Shown here: positions 10,701 through 20,866 of the stretch, in pieces | Numbering within the stretch: position 1 is the stretch's first letter | How the letters are laid out: every line of letters begins with the position of its first letter | Assembly: GCF_000281045.1 (NCBI RefSeq) | Contig: NW_008246105.1 | Span: forward strand, 529,762-581,926 | Direction of reading: 5' to 3' | DNA from: Saprolegnia diclina VS20 | Taxonomy: Eukaryota | DNA: 52,165 nt | The notes under the pieces: generated by a model | Seen by the model: the letters and a program-made list of their open reading frames with translations, nothing else | What the model was told of the DNA's origin: nothing | The model's database searches: none | Made by a program: the position numbers and the translations under genes

Positions 10701-12947
10701 GCCGAGAAGAGCGAGAAGGCGTGGAAGCGATCCGATCGCGACGCTCCCAAGGGCGCACGTGACCTGCAGCCCGAGGCGGTTTTGCGTGCAGTCGGGGGCC
10801 ACCACGATGCTGGCTTCGTACGGTGCAGTCGTCTCTAGACACACCATACACAGCCAAGCGAAGAAGGCGCTAAGGGGGCCGTACGACCGGACGCGGCCCG
10901 TCGTTCGTAGCAACGGCAAACCGAAATCGACCACGACGTAAGTCATCCACGTCGCCTCGCTGGCAATGATCATCGTGTTCAGGAGCGAGCGGGGTGCATC
11001 TTGGAAGCCAGACTCGTTGCCGGGCAGGGACCCGTCGTTGACGAAGCGGACGCTGCTTGTACTCAGTAGAGCGAGCGCCGTGAGCCCTCGCACGAGAAGG
11101 AAGGGCCGGCCGACCCACACGCAGCCCGTGAGGCGGTTGGCGTGGAGTAGGTCGAACGGGGCCACTTGCGCGCGCTGCGTCCACCCAAACGTGAGCACCA
11201 GGACGTTCACGGATGCAACGACCGCCGACGCGTAGAGTGTGAGGAACCACATGTAGACGCACGCTTGGTGGGGCAGCTCGAGCGCGTTGGCCTCGAGCTG
11301 CGCCATTGCATAGCGCTGCGTGATGGTGGTGATGGCGCCGACGTCGCCAGACACGACGTAGACCTCGCGGTGGCCATAGAGCCACTCGTAGAGCATGACG
11401 AGCCCGAACACGCCCCACGGGCTGGCCTCAGCGAGCGCTTGTTGCAGTAGGATCGGGTCGGATCCGTTGGCGGCAAACTGATAGACGCTGACGTTGGTTG
11501 CCTTCAGCGCCTCCAACGCGGCGCTTGCGTCGCCTGTGGTCGGTAGTTGTGCAGCGGCGGCAAAGGCCGGCCTGAGCACGCGGGCGCACGTGCTCGGTGA
11601 TCCACAGAGCGCGGCGACGGCTGCCGACGATATTGTCGGCAGCAGAGAGAGGGCAAAGAGGACGCTGCGGCTCTCGAGCACAACGCTGAGCGGCGCGGTG
11701 CCGTCGCACGTGTCGTAGAATCCCATGGGCTCCTGCGGCAGTGCGTACGCGGGGGCTGAGAAGCACATGGGGCTGCCCGAATAGTAAATCAAGCTGCTCT
11801 CGGTCCAGCTTGCCGGCACAGGATAGACGGTCGTCGTCTCGGCCAAGGCGCGAAATAGCGCCGAGTCCTTGATCCCATCGAGGCGCGCCTCGTAGGCGGC
11901 GAGGTGCGCGAGCAGCGCGCGTGGCTTGGGCAGCACAAAGACGTCCATTGAGGCAAGCGGCCCCAGTGCCAAATGCACCACGCGCAAAACCGGCGTCAAG
12001 GTCGCGACCGAGTCCATGTTGTACTCCCAGTCGGCTTTGATGGCATCCGAGACAGCGTCGACACCCAGCAGCAGCGTGAAGTGAAGCCTGTCACCGGTCC
12101 AGAGGTCGTTCCAGAAGCCTGCGTAGGCGTAGACGGTCGACCAGAGCGCGAGCCCGCGGAATTGGCTCGGGACTGTGTACACGGTCACGCGCTGCGCCAT
12201 CCCAAGCGCGTTCTGGATCGAGATCGTTTGCACCAGCCCCTGCTCGTAGTAGTTGGTGACCTGCGACTGCCACGTGCTGAGCCCAAACCGCCGCCACAAC
12301 GCGGCTTCGTCCTCGACAGTCACGTCCTCTTCGCTGTGAAAGATCCGAGTAAGAACTTCGGTCCCGCCCGGCAGCGCGGCCAGCGGCTCAAAGATTGTCG
12401 CATTCATCGGCAGCATGTACGGACTCGCGTTCAGGTCGTTCGCGTCTGTGTTGCGCAGAAGCGCCTCCAAGTACACAGCGGCGTTGTCCGTGTACTGCGC
12501 GTCGCACTTGGCTTGCCGCCGCGCGTTGAGCGCCATGGGAAACGCCCGGTGCAAGTCCACATAGCAGTACTGCGTAAAGAGGCGAATGTTGCTGCCGAGG
12601 TCGTTGGCCCGCAGCGCTGTAATCACTACCGGGAGCGGGAGCGGCGCCAGTACAAGTGACCGCGGCCGCGCGCGGCTCATCCCGATAAAGGTCGGAGGGG
12701 ACGTGTACGCCTTTGGCACTCGGAGGTGCGCGAGGGGCAGCTGCGAACTCGCGTTGGTGCTGAGGATAACACGCGTGTTGAAGTAGTCGCCGAGGAACGT
12801 CTGGACGCCGCCGACGCTGAAGCCGGGCCACCAGTAGTCGTTGCTCATCGCCGGCGTCACGAGCGCCACGTACCACACACTGAGGCATACCGTGAGAAGT
12901 AGGTACGCAAAGGCGGCGAGCACGGTCTTGGTCTTGCTCTGCGCCAT
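7782..12947 (-). CDS. Intronless 1721-aa multi-pass membrane protein made of two tandem ~860-aa modules (uncharacterised oomycete family)
   Basis: Long ORF with strong codon bias. Motifs occur twice: NDYWW/NDFWW, YCYVD, NAAVYLE/NGAVYLE..LRN, NALGM, EW..REV..GD.G, NR..G.VW.GRP.LL.RG.TA...LST, G.VAIG..R. Confidence 0.85.
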   Translation of the reverse strand: MAQSKTKTVLAAFAYLLLTVCLSVWYVALVTPAMSNDYWWPGFSVGGVQTFLGDYFNTRVILSTNASSQLPLAHLRVPKAYTSPPTFIGMSRARPRSLVLAPLPLPVVITALRANDLGSNIRLFTQYCYVDLHRAFPMALNARRQAKCDAQYTDNAAVYLEALLRNTDANDLNASPYMLPMNATIFEPLAALPGGTEVLTRIFHSEEDVTVEDEAALWRRFGLSTWQSQVTNYYEQGLVQTISIQNALGMAQRVTVYTVPSQFRGLALWSTVYAYAGFWNDLWTGDRLHFTLLLGVDAVSDAIKADWEYNMDSVATLTPVLRVVHLALGPLASMDVFVLPKPRALLAHLAAYEARLDGIKDSALFRALAETTTVYPVPASWTESSLIYYSGSPMCFSAPAYALPQEPMGFYDTCDGTAPLSVVLESRSVLFALSLLPTISSAAVAALCGSPSTCARVLRPAFAAAAQLPTTGDASAALEALKATNVSVYQFAANGSDPILLQQALAEASPWGVFGLVMLYEWLYGHREVYVVSGDVGAITTITQRYAMAQLEANALELPHQACVYMWFLTLYASAVVASVNVLVLTFGWTQRAQVAPFDLLHANRLTGCVWVGRPFLLVRGLTALALLSTSSVRFVNDGSLPGNESGFQDAPRSLLNTMIIASEATWMTYVVVDFGLPLLRTTGRVRSYGPLSAFFAWLCMVCLETTAPYEASIVVAPDCTQNRLGLQVTCALGSVAIGSLPRLLALLGINVGCIPLAMAVQRLCTGSTSRGQREWRPHVLVPAAAEVFLSKVHSEFWHDDVVTSVLSGLVPFGRGARLDLKLWCVLRFDSLCTTRGPILPFASSLPVPLLSMRRFYVRALGGFAYVVFSIVGSYTYIYVSSTAMANDFWWATFNATGHQTYLTNWFNRQLQFTGALDAVELAAPKFSDNAHNYNATSPLASAPLVVYASSLQNQVNSLAAVIAGLRNMNPCLIAYISTSYCYVDFNQTYELGATAARQEACKQHVENGAVYLESALRNILDWTQWQRCFGVSLETGVFSYLASTSRGRAWLREVRADDKLSLASEEAYWRRMGITAFVTEWQNYKTLGVIETIAIENALGMQYPLTLKRSNGSLHTSVQSSFKMHWTLANDLYSISSNASHDVGSSLIRQSPRFLYRNTTPEALLIANGTLPAPMDPGFSLLRSLLGPFGTITMQRVAPPRELLTWYKASTEALVEHFVSDIATATAYSEIAAGLQGSPVPLAWVGAEYVGGDVTCPTLPSPATFNLLEFFTAAGACTLGVSNSVVASSSMVVLALLAADFPTPTAICAAETVSAASCPDNYAARLSFVRAAVPETLVAAVQLPAARLKTQLANRVQLVQFLRDSSTNQTVLLQESLLASASFAFHSWLFLFEWVDAVREVVSFVGDTGESLTIISGRNTISTQPVNSMEVPVNVSYYCRRLLLFITFILGAVAMLVVVYVLGARGAIEGLNMFSINRVAGLVWIGRPLLLLRGTTAICLLSTATLDLNQVAGFYAFAPSTPAWYTTIMASGEITWLVFILNDAFSLLTKQHTARYGMKASLVVWAGLAIGTFCLPVRPLVTLARSCDVSAVDFQVECRSGVVAIGRMRRFAGIVGGTTATVGVLYVLERYLRPRASISEAHSHLLYATAKYHYATDGWIVDGVYYIDRASAVLTGLLSFEWQRTMYILDIKTWRQYAIDVSDGGARPFPYLAHAIPMKL

Positions 12948-13073
12948 CGCGTTTCAAACGCTATTTTCGCAGTCGCACTATCCCAGACGAACGGCCACAC
13001 GTCGGTTTCGAGCTCGAATGGGCGCGACCGAGTCGTTTGGCGTGCGAGCCAAGCTCCGGTTGACCGAGATTCG

Positions 13074-14761
13074 ATGCCGTTGATCTCACATCCGCGTAGC
13101 GACACGCTGCTATTGCGTCTCCACCTCGCGACGAGCAAACGTACGGAGCCGCTCGAGACACACCTCCTCCATCGCTACTTTGAGCGCCACGACCCGGTAC
13201 GTACAGCAATTCCACGTCGGAGCATTCATACAGAAAAGCAGACGTGCCGAGGGTACGTGCCCATGGACGTTGCGCGCAGCGTGGCCATGCAGATAGCACA
13301 GACGACGTTCCCAGCCCTCGAGGCGATGTTTGACGTGGACCAGTACGTCCACATATGCTGCGTCCGATGAGTGCATGTGGATAGCAATGGCTTTTTCCAT
13401 TACACTGCGTTCCTCTCGTTCGTGTGCCGCGACAAGCTGCACGTGGAGATGGACAAGCCCATTGGCATTGTTGGCGTCTACACGGTACGACACCAGCTCC
13501 GACTGCCACGTCATCGACCATGGGCGTAGGTCTCGAAAGGTCTCTGCGCCGTCAACGGCGCCGCGGTCACGGTCAAACGCACGCAGCTGCAGTCGATCGA
13601 GATGGTTTGCAGCTGGCATGCGAATGCCAGAGCTCTTCAACTGTGCAGGTCGAGACCCTCGGCGACGCGATTGGCATTCTGGCGACGTTCTCGCACCCAC
13701 GCCTGCTTCGGTACCTCCACAGCACGTGCTACGAGCAAACGTTTGTACTGTACCAAGAGTGGACCGAGGCCACGTCTCTCAAGGTACGTCGACTCTGGCG
13801 CCTTCGGAATGACGAACGTGCTTTGCTAGACCATTCTGTCGTCGTTTGGGCGCATGAGCGAGCCGACGATACGGCGGTACTTGGCACAGGTCATCGAGGC
13901 CATTGTCTATTTACACCGTGTCGGCATCGTACACCGGTGCTGTCTCCTCTTCTACTCGGAATGTGAATAAGAACTTAGGGAACTCCACGGTACGCGCGAT
14001 CCATCGACCGTTTGAGTGAGCACCAGTGGCAGGCGAATCCATCTACATTGATCGCGATGGCAGCGTCCAAGTGGGGGTACGATCGCCCTTAAGTTTTAGC
14101 TGTTTTGTGTAATTTGTCAGAAATAGGAATTTTACGCGGGGTGGCACTTGCGCACGGCAAGCTCCAACCTCCACAGCTTTCAAGACAGTCTCTACGACGT
14201 CTTTCGGGTGCGAAGTCTCGGCCATTCGACTGGCTCGATCCCTTTTCATGATGCACTTGTAGCCACCAGAGACCCGCGCCGCCGCTCGGTCGTTTGGCAC
14301 CAAGGCCGACGTCTGGTGCATCGGCCTCGTCGCCCTCGAGGTAGTACAAAAATGACCCAAACATATTGAGCGCTTCTGGCGTCTAGATGCTTTACGGCAC
14401 AGCACACCTCAACCGTGTGAACGCTGCCCACAGCGTGCGTCGTCGACGGAGGCTATCCCTGGCTCATCGTCTGCGTTCTAGTCGCAGCCGCCGATTCCGC
14501 ACCGCATCTCCCCCATGTTTCGCAAGTTCCTCGACGCATGTTTCGAGGCGCGTCATACTTTCTTCTATGCCAAAGGCACACAGCTGGGCGTAGATGACTC
14601 CGCGGGATCGGCCCCACGCCGACGAATTGCGGGTGTTTGCCTTTTTTCACATGGCGCCGGACCAAGACGCCGAGTTCTTTGGCGCCGCAAGCTCTCTCGA
14701 CATCACGATGAAGCGGCTTCAAGAGACAGCGCCGGAGCCATCACCTTTTTCATTACGTTGA
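13074..14761 (+). CDS. Intron-rich gene: degenerate EF-hand pair plus STE11/CDC15-like kinase fold with catalytic substitutions (probable pseudokinase)
   Basis: Hand-spliced reading: ...FERHDPTCRGYV...MFDVDHNGFFHYTAF...VTVKRT...FSHPRLLRYL...YQEWTEATSLKTILSSFGRMSEPTIRRYLAQVIEAIVYLHRVGIVHRELHGESIYIDRDGSVQVGEFY...FRPPE...GTKADVWCIGLVALEMLYG...PPIPHRISPMFRKFLDACFEMTPRDRPHADEL...; TGA at 14759-14761. Confidence 0.72.
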
Positions 14762-14865
14762 TATGAGTGTCCTCGCACTATGAGAATACACCTGGTAGCG
14801 TACCGTGCCATACCGCAGTGTGATCGTGAGAGTCAGCGCGGATGAAGTTGCGTCTTTTTAGCCGA

Positions 14866-14922
14866 CCAATCCGCGCGCGATTTTGTGATCGCCGTCGTTT
14901 GATTGATCGAAATCAGGCCAAT
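14866..14922 (+). promoter_or_regulatory. Two CCAAT boxes upstream of the BT1 transporter
   Basis: CCAATC at 14866 and 14918, about 110-170 nt upstream of the ATG at 15033. CCAAT boxes are common oomycete promoter elements; function here is untested. Confidence 0.3.
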
Positions 14923-15032
14923 CCGCGATGCGTATGCGCAACCCATGTGCTGGCAGCACCACCTGCGAGTTCCCAGTCCAAAGATCCGGCGGTGCCGTCT
15001 TGGTCTCAGCGCTGCCCATTTAGCATTTCGCC

Positions 15033-16709
15033 ATGTCCGAGAAGACACCTCCACTCGACGTCGACGCGCGTCTCTCGTACATTAGCTCGGCGCGCATCTT
15101 GGCCTCGCAAAAGTTCACGCCCCAAGCAGCCTACCAAGCCGAGGAAGGCACGCTCGCCGAGGGTGGCGCGATCTCGCTTTGCTCGCGCGAGGCCCTTGGA
15201 CTCTTCTCTCAATACGCAGCCATCGGCACCATCTACGGCACGATTCCGACGCTCGCGTACCCGATCTTCAACAACTACCTCAAGATGGAGGGGTACCAAG
15301 TCGCGTCCTACAACGTGCTCGTGACGCTCGGCTGGTCGTTCAAGGTCTTCTGGGGCATGTGCACCGACTGCTTTCCCATCTTCGGCTACCGTCGCAAGTC
15401 GTGGATGCTCCTTGGCTGGCTCGTGGCCATGACATCACTGCTCATCATGGCGGTCACGCCCCTCGGCGACCCGTACTGCTTTGGGAACCCGAAAGTGTGC
15501 GCCCTCGCGTACACCAATGTGTCGCTTCCCGACCGCGTCTACTTCAACGTCGACGCACCGGCCAACGGCGCCAAGTTTATCATCCTCTCGATGGTCACAA
15601 GCGTCGGGTACGTCATGGCGGCGTGCGCCTCGGACGCGATGGTTGTGCAGTACGCGCAGCGCGAGCCCGTCGCGATCCGGGGGCGGATCCAGACTGCGAT
15701 CTATGTCGTGCGCACGGTTGCCGGTATCTTTACGTCGCTCATCACGGCGTTCGGGCTCAACGGGAAGGAGTACGACGGCAGCTTTGACTTTTCCATGGGC
15801 CCCAACGTCATCTACGGCATCCTCCTCGTGCCGTGCGTGTTCGTGTGCTTCACAACAATATTCGTTGTCCAGGAAGACCCGGCGCCGCGCGTTGAGTTTA
15901 AAATCTGGGTGGCGTCGTTCTGGGAGCTCCTCCAGAAGCGCGTCATGTGGCAGATCTGCGCCTTCCGCTTCATCAACATGACGTTTCTCGGCATCGGCGT
16001 GACCGCGACGCCCACGATCCAGCGGGCGTGGGCCAAGGTCCAGCCGCTCAACGACTCGCTCTCGACAATCATTGGGCAGCTTCTCTTTGCCGGCATCCTC
16101 GTTGTCGTGGGCAAGTGGGGCCTCGACTGGAACTGGCGCTGGACCATCGCGCTCGGCACCGTCGCCATCATCATGATCGACTCGGTCGTTGTCATGCTAA
16201 CGATCTGGGACATCTTCCGCAACGAGTGGTTCTTCACGGGCGTCGCGCTCTCCGAGCAAATTCCCGCAGGCATCCGGTTCATTGTCTCGACCTACTGCGC
16301 GGTCGAGATCGCCGACGTCGGCAACGAAGGCGCCACGTACGGTCTCGTCACGACGGTCTCGAACCTCGCGTCCCCCTTTGCGAGTCTTATCTACAAGCTC
16401 ATCAACTCGTACTTTGTCGTCGACAACGTGGCGGTCGCACGCGACGACACGGCCGTGCGCTGGGCCGTCACGTACTGCTACCTCATCTCGTACGCGTTCA
16501 AGCTCTCGGCGCTTGGCTGGCTCTTCCTCCTCCCGCCGCAGAAGGCCGAGATGCAAGCCCTCAAGCGGCTCGGCGGCAAGAGCAAGGCGGCCGGCGCGAC
16601 GCTCGTCGCTGTCTTTGTCCTCGCACTTGTCTTTTCGGTGACGACAAACCTGCTCTCGATCTTTCCGTCCACCAAGTGCCTTCGCATTGCAGGTGGGAAA
16701 GGCTGTTAG
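15033..16709 (+). CDS. Folate-biopterin transporter (BT1/FBT family, MFS fold), 558 aa, intronless
   Basis: About 12 hydrophobic segments. Family motifs WSFKVFWGMCTDCFPIFGYRRKSWMLLGW, ASDAMVVQYAQREP...RGRIQT and GNEGATYGLVTTVSNLASP. Confidence 0.88.
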   Translation: MSEKTPPLDVDARLSYISSARILASQKFTPQAAYQAEEGTLAEGGAISLCSREALGLFSQYAAIGTIYGTIPTLAYPIFNNYLKMEGYQVASYNVLVTLGWSFKVFWGMCTDCFPIFGYRRKSWMLLGWLVAMTSLLIMAVTPLGDPYCFGNPKVCALAYTNVSLPDRVYFNVDAPANGAKFIILSMVTSVGYVMAACASDAMVVQYAQREPVAIRGRIQTAIYVVRTVAGIFTSLITAFGLNGKEYDGSFDFSMGPNVIYGILLVPCVFVCFTTIFVVQEDPAPRVEFKIWVASFWELLQKRVMWQICAFRFINMTFLGIGVTATPTIQRAWAKVQPLNDSLSTIIGQLLFAGILVVVGKWGLDWNWRWTIALGTVAIIMIDSVVVMLTIWDIFRNEWFFTGVALSEQIPAGIRFIVSTYCAVEIADVGNEGATYGLVTTVSNLASPFASLIYKLINSYFVVDNVAVARDDTAVRWAVTYCYLISYAFKLSALGWLFLLPPQKAEMQALKRLGGKSKAAGATLVAVFVLALVFSVTTNLLSIFPSTKCLRIAGGKGC

Positions 16710-16755
16710 GACTAGGGTTCTTGCTCAACTATGTTATAAACACAAAAGTGTGTGT

Positions 16756-19502
16756 CTACAGTCGCCCTTGCGCCATAAACGGGTAGACGTAGCCGCAGTC
16801 GCGCGTGACGCCGAGGTTGCCTTGCCCGTCGCTGCTCGTAGCGTCCTGCACGCAGCTGCAGCGGCCGGCTGCACCATCTACACTTGCCATCGATTTGCGT
16901 GTCTTTTGCACGCAATGTGTACCGCAGTCGCCGCGCCCGTTGCAAACCGCGTCCTCGGTTGTCCCCGGGGTTGTTTCGGTGACCGAAAAAGGTCCGCCCG
17001 TCAAGAGCGAAGTGTCGGCGATCAGCAGCGGCAAGTTGCCCGCGTTGGTCAGGAAGGACACGGTGGTGACCGCTAGCGCCGCGCATATCCAGTTGTGCTT
17101 TGATGTCGTTCGTCGTACCTGCGTTCGTTGCACCGCAGAGTGCTCCTGTTGGCATGCTCACCGTCACCAGCCCAATGCTACGCGCATCAGCCCCAGATAG
17201 CCCTACAAGTGACGTACGTCGGTAGCGCTTGAAGCGCTGCGGTCAACGCCGCCGGCGTCGCATCAAACGAAAGCGTCGACGTCGTGGCGCCACGAAACGT
17301 TAACGCCACAGAGCCGGCGGTCCCAATGCAAGACAACGACTGCACTTCGTTGACTTGACCGGTCGTCCACGGGTCGTCGCCTGACGGACACGGATCTACG
17401 AGTATTATGTAGCACCTCGTTGGTGTGCACCGTAGCGTACATGATGAGCAGTCGTAGCCAGAGAGGGTCGGCGCATTCCCGATCACGTAGCGCACCTGTA
17501 CCTCACTCCATAGGCGGCAAGCAAATATGAGGAGCGTACACTGTTGCAGACGCATCCAAAGATGCGATCTGCGTCCCACGTGGTGAGCGAGTTGACGTCG
17601 CGGCCGTACACGATCGGCGTCGGCGCGCCGTTGGTCGTGGCGCCGGCTGCCATCTGGCGCATGGACCTGCAGTTGCCCTTGGACGAGCACGTCACTAGCA
17701 TTGGTGTCACGCGCCGTCCGGAAATGAGCAACGTACACTTCTCGCACGCAGAGCCGACAAAGTTGCTGTCGCAGAGGCACCGCCCAAGGGTGCTGTCGCA
17801 GATTCCCTGACCTTTGACTTCATCACGTATTCGTGGTGATTGGACGTACTGCGTTTGCGCATGCGACGGGGACGGTGCGCGCAGCGGTGGCCAGCGTCGC
17901 AGCATCAAACCAGCCTCCGGCCGTGGGGCATAACCCTAGCCCCAGCATAAAACTGTGGGGAATGGTTACGCATTGGTTTACGCAGCGAGCAGTCGTTGCC
18001 ACCCCAGTCTTGATAGCACTGACACTGGTAGTTGGGTGCGTTGGAGCACAGGCCATGGCCGCTGCAGACGACCGTGCTTCCGGTCGCGAGGTAGTCGGAC
18101 TCGTAGATCCCCGCTAGTGCAAACTAAGTCTCGTATCCGCAGCTTGCGTCGTCGCGTACCGGGGCAGCGGTGCGTCGTGGGGGCGCCCGTCGTGTTGTAG
18201 TAGCCGCAATCGGGTCGCGGGCCCAAGTTGCCTTGACCTAACCGCGTGGGATTTCGCGAAGCCGGACGCTAGTGTGGAGTACCGTCGCTGCTCGTAAAGT
18301 AAAGGGCGCACTTGCACTGCCCCGTCGCTTGGTTGCACACGCCTCGTCCCGAGCACTCGAGCGACTTGAGAGACCCATCACAATTATTTTCTGAATCTCA
18401 ATCTCAATCCCGCACCTGCTTTGTATTTGCGACGGTGAGGGTGCCGTCGAGCGCAGCTTCGCCCCCTACCCTCGACACGAATCACCGCCGCTTCAAGCAT
18501 CGTTGCTCGCAGTACCGGTTTGTACCGAGATAGTTAACGTTGCGGCAGCTAAGACCACTGAAAGAGGTGGCAGCGCGTCAAAGTCGTAGAGAAAGGTCAC
18601 GAGCGCCGACGTGCCCGGCGTCGAGCAGACGGTCGTGGCGCCGTTGCCAAACACCACTGAGACGCCCGATGTAATAGCGTTGAGAGCTGCCTGGACGTCG
18701 GCTGCGGACGCCGTTGCGGCCAGAGGCACCGAGCTCCGGCCGTTCCACGTCAGCATGAACGTGCCGGTGCAGGTCGTGCACGTGCACGAGATGGCTTGCA
18801 GCTCGTTGACTCGCCCCGTGACGACCGGGTCGTGGCCGTAGAGGCAGGTGCGGAGGCTGCAGTCGTAGCCCGTGTAGCCGGGATCGCAGCGGCAGCCTAC
18901 GCCTCTGTTGTGTACGTACTCGGACTGTTCTATTACCGTAAATGCTATTGGCATCCCAGAGCGTGTACGTGGCGCCGTTCAGCATGGCGGCGTCGGCCAT
19001 GCTAAAGCAGCTGCCGTGGCCGCTGCAGTCGTTGGGGCAGTCGAGCTTTTCGCACGCCGCGCCGGAGAAGCCATCGCGGCAGCTGCACCCCCCCGTCGCG
19101 CGGTTGCACGTACCCTGCAGTATTCTCTGCCTGAGATCCACCGTTTGCATTTATGGACACTAAGAACCATGTTGCTGCACTCGGCGGACGTCGTCCGCGC
19201 CGTGTCGAGCGCCGAGGCCACAGCGGACCACGGCGTGCCGTACGGACACGTCCGTAGACTGCAGCCGACACCCGTCCAGCTGGCAAAGCACGTGCACCTA
19301 CAAAAGCTCTGGAGTGAGCCGTGGAAGAGCATGGCGTCAATACCGGTTGAAGGCGCCGCAGATGCCGTGGCCGTTGCAGTTGCGGCCTACGCAGGTATTT
19401 TTCGCTGCATGGTGCGTAGAGACATAGCGTACCGATGTAGCCCGGACAGGCGCCACACGCGAGGCGCGCGATGGCCAGCAGTACGACCACTGTCGTCGCC
19501 AT
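16756..19502 (-). CDS. Secreted EGF/tenascin-repeat protein, mastigoneme (Sig1/Ocm1/Mas)-like, two tandem modules, multi-exon
   Basis: Signal peptide MATTVVVLLAIARLACGA. Repeated CSLRTCP.G..W....AECSN.G.C....G.C.C...F.G.ACE, WDA..I.GC.C, GYDCS...C..G.DP....VNE.Q...C and SSDG.GNLG...DCGY, each present twice. Confidence 0.72.
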
Positions 19503-19786
19503 CTCCGAGAGGAAAATCTTTCGTAACCGCTTCGATAGCCCAATCCAGCTCCACCGTTGCACCTGTCCTTGCGCAAGACCTGTAGGGTTCGCGGCCTCTT
19601 AACTCCTAGTCGTTCCAGCGGTTGGCTGAGCAAAATCTCTACTGCCATGTATCTCTTCACGCTTGGTGGACAGCTCCTCTCTCGTGCCAACTCATCACGA
19701 TCACAATGATACCGTAGTGTCTATAGAATATGTTCAAGTACGCTGCTACTGGCGCAGAACTCGACTGCGGAAGAGGCGCCGCTTCG

Positions 19787-20623
19787 TCACCCTTGGGCTT
19801 TCTCGAGTGATAGAGCCCGCTGCTGCTCGACGTAGGTCTCGAGCTGGCGCATAAAACTAGAACGTCTCGATACGCTGTACAAGGTAGACGAAGACGATGA
19901 TACCCTTGGTTGGGCTGCGCTTGTGGGCGCAGCGAGCGCACATGGGCTAGCGCGCCGTCGAGGCTGTAGCCGTGGTGCGCCACGAGGTACGCTGTTTCCA
20001 TAAACGCGGGTATCAAAAGACCGAAAGCGTACCGAGGATGAGCGTCACGGACCGCGACTTGCCCGCAAAACAGTGCACGAGGACATTGCCGCCACTCGAT
20101 GTTGCGCTACAGAGCGCCACGTCAGCTGTCGTTGATCGCACGCGGCTACCGCTCGATGAAGGCGTTGCTGGCCGCAAAGTGCGCCTCAATGCTTGCGCTC
20201 GGGACATCGGCGATGGCGACGCGCTCGTACACAAAGCCCTCGGGCTTGTCTTTGAACGGAAACACGATCGTCTCGGACACCACGAGGATGTGCGAGATGC
20301 GCTAGTACGTCAGCTGAGCGACTATGGCCACGAGATGCAGGCCGTACCAGTCGCACGAGCGCCTCATAGTTGGCGCCAGCCCCGATCGAGCCAAGGTACA
20401 CATGCGGTTGGATCTCGACCTAATGATGATGCAGGCCTGGGCACGGGTGCTGCGCGCACGTACGAGCTTGTTGTCCGTGTCGACGTACTTTTGCAGCAGT
20501 AGACCGTGCCAGAACTTGCGAAAAGCGTCTACGAGTCGAAAGTGACCTGCACCGCAAGCGTGCCTGCTGTGTACCTTTGGCCGGCTTGGACGGTCCGGTC
20601 GGCGCTGCAGCGCTGCCCTCCAT
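19787..20623 (-). CDS. Dual-specificity protein phosphatase, multi-exon
   Basis: MYLGSIGA, HILVV, VAIADVPSASIEAHF, active-site loop VLVHCFAGKSRSVT, then AYLV...ALAHVRSLRPQAQPNQG-FMRQL; TGA at 19787-19789. Confidence 0.9.
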
Positions 20624-20866
20624 GCTGCGGCTACTAAATATGGTTTGTGCCACATTTTATATTTGCGCGCCACATTTAATGTTTATTGGTGGCACTTTGC
20701 GACATGCTCGTCCAACATCAACCCTAATCCCTCGGCAAGCGACAAGTGATGCAGCCTTTGAGCTTGTCTTGTCGTCACCCACGACAATAACCAAATAACA
20801 CGTTAGATAGCATGTACTCACACACCACAACTAGTAACTATTATATTAAGGTTGGCCGAGGCACGT

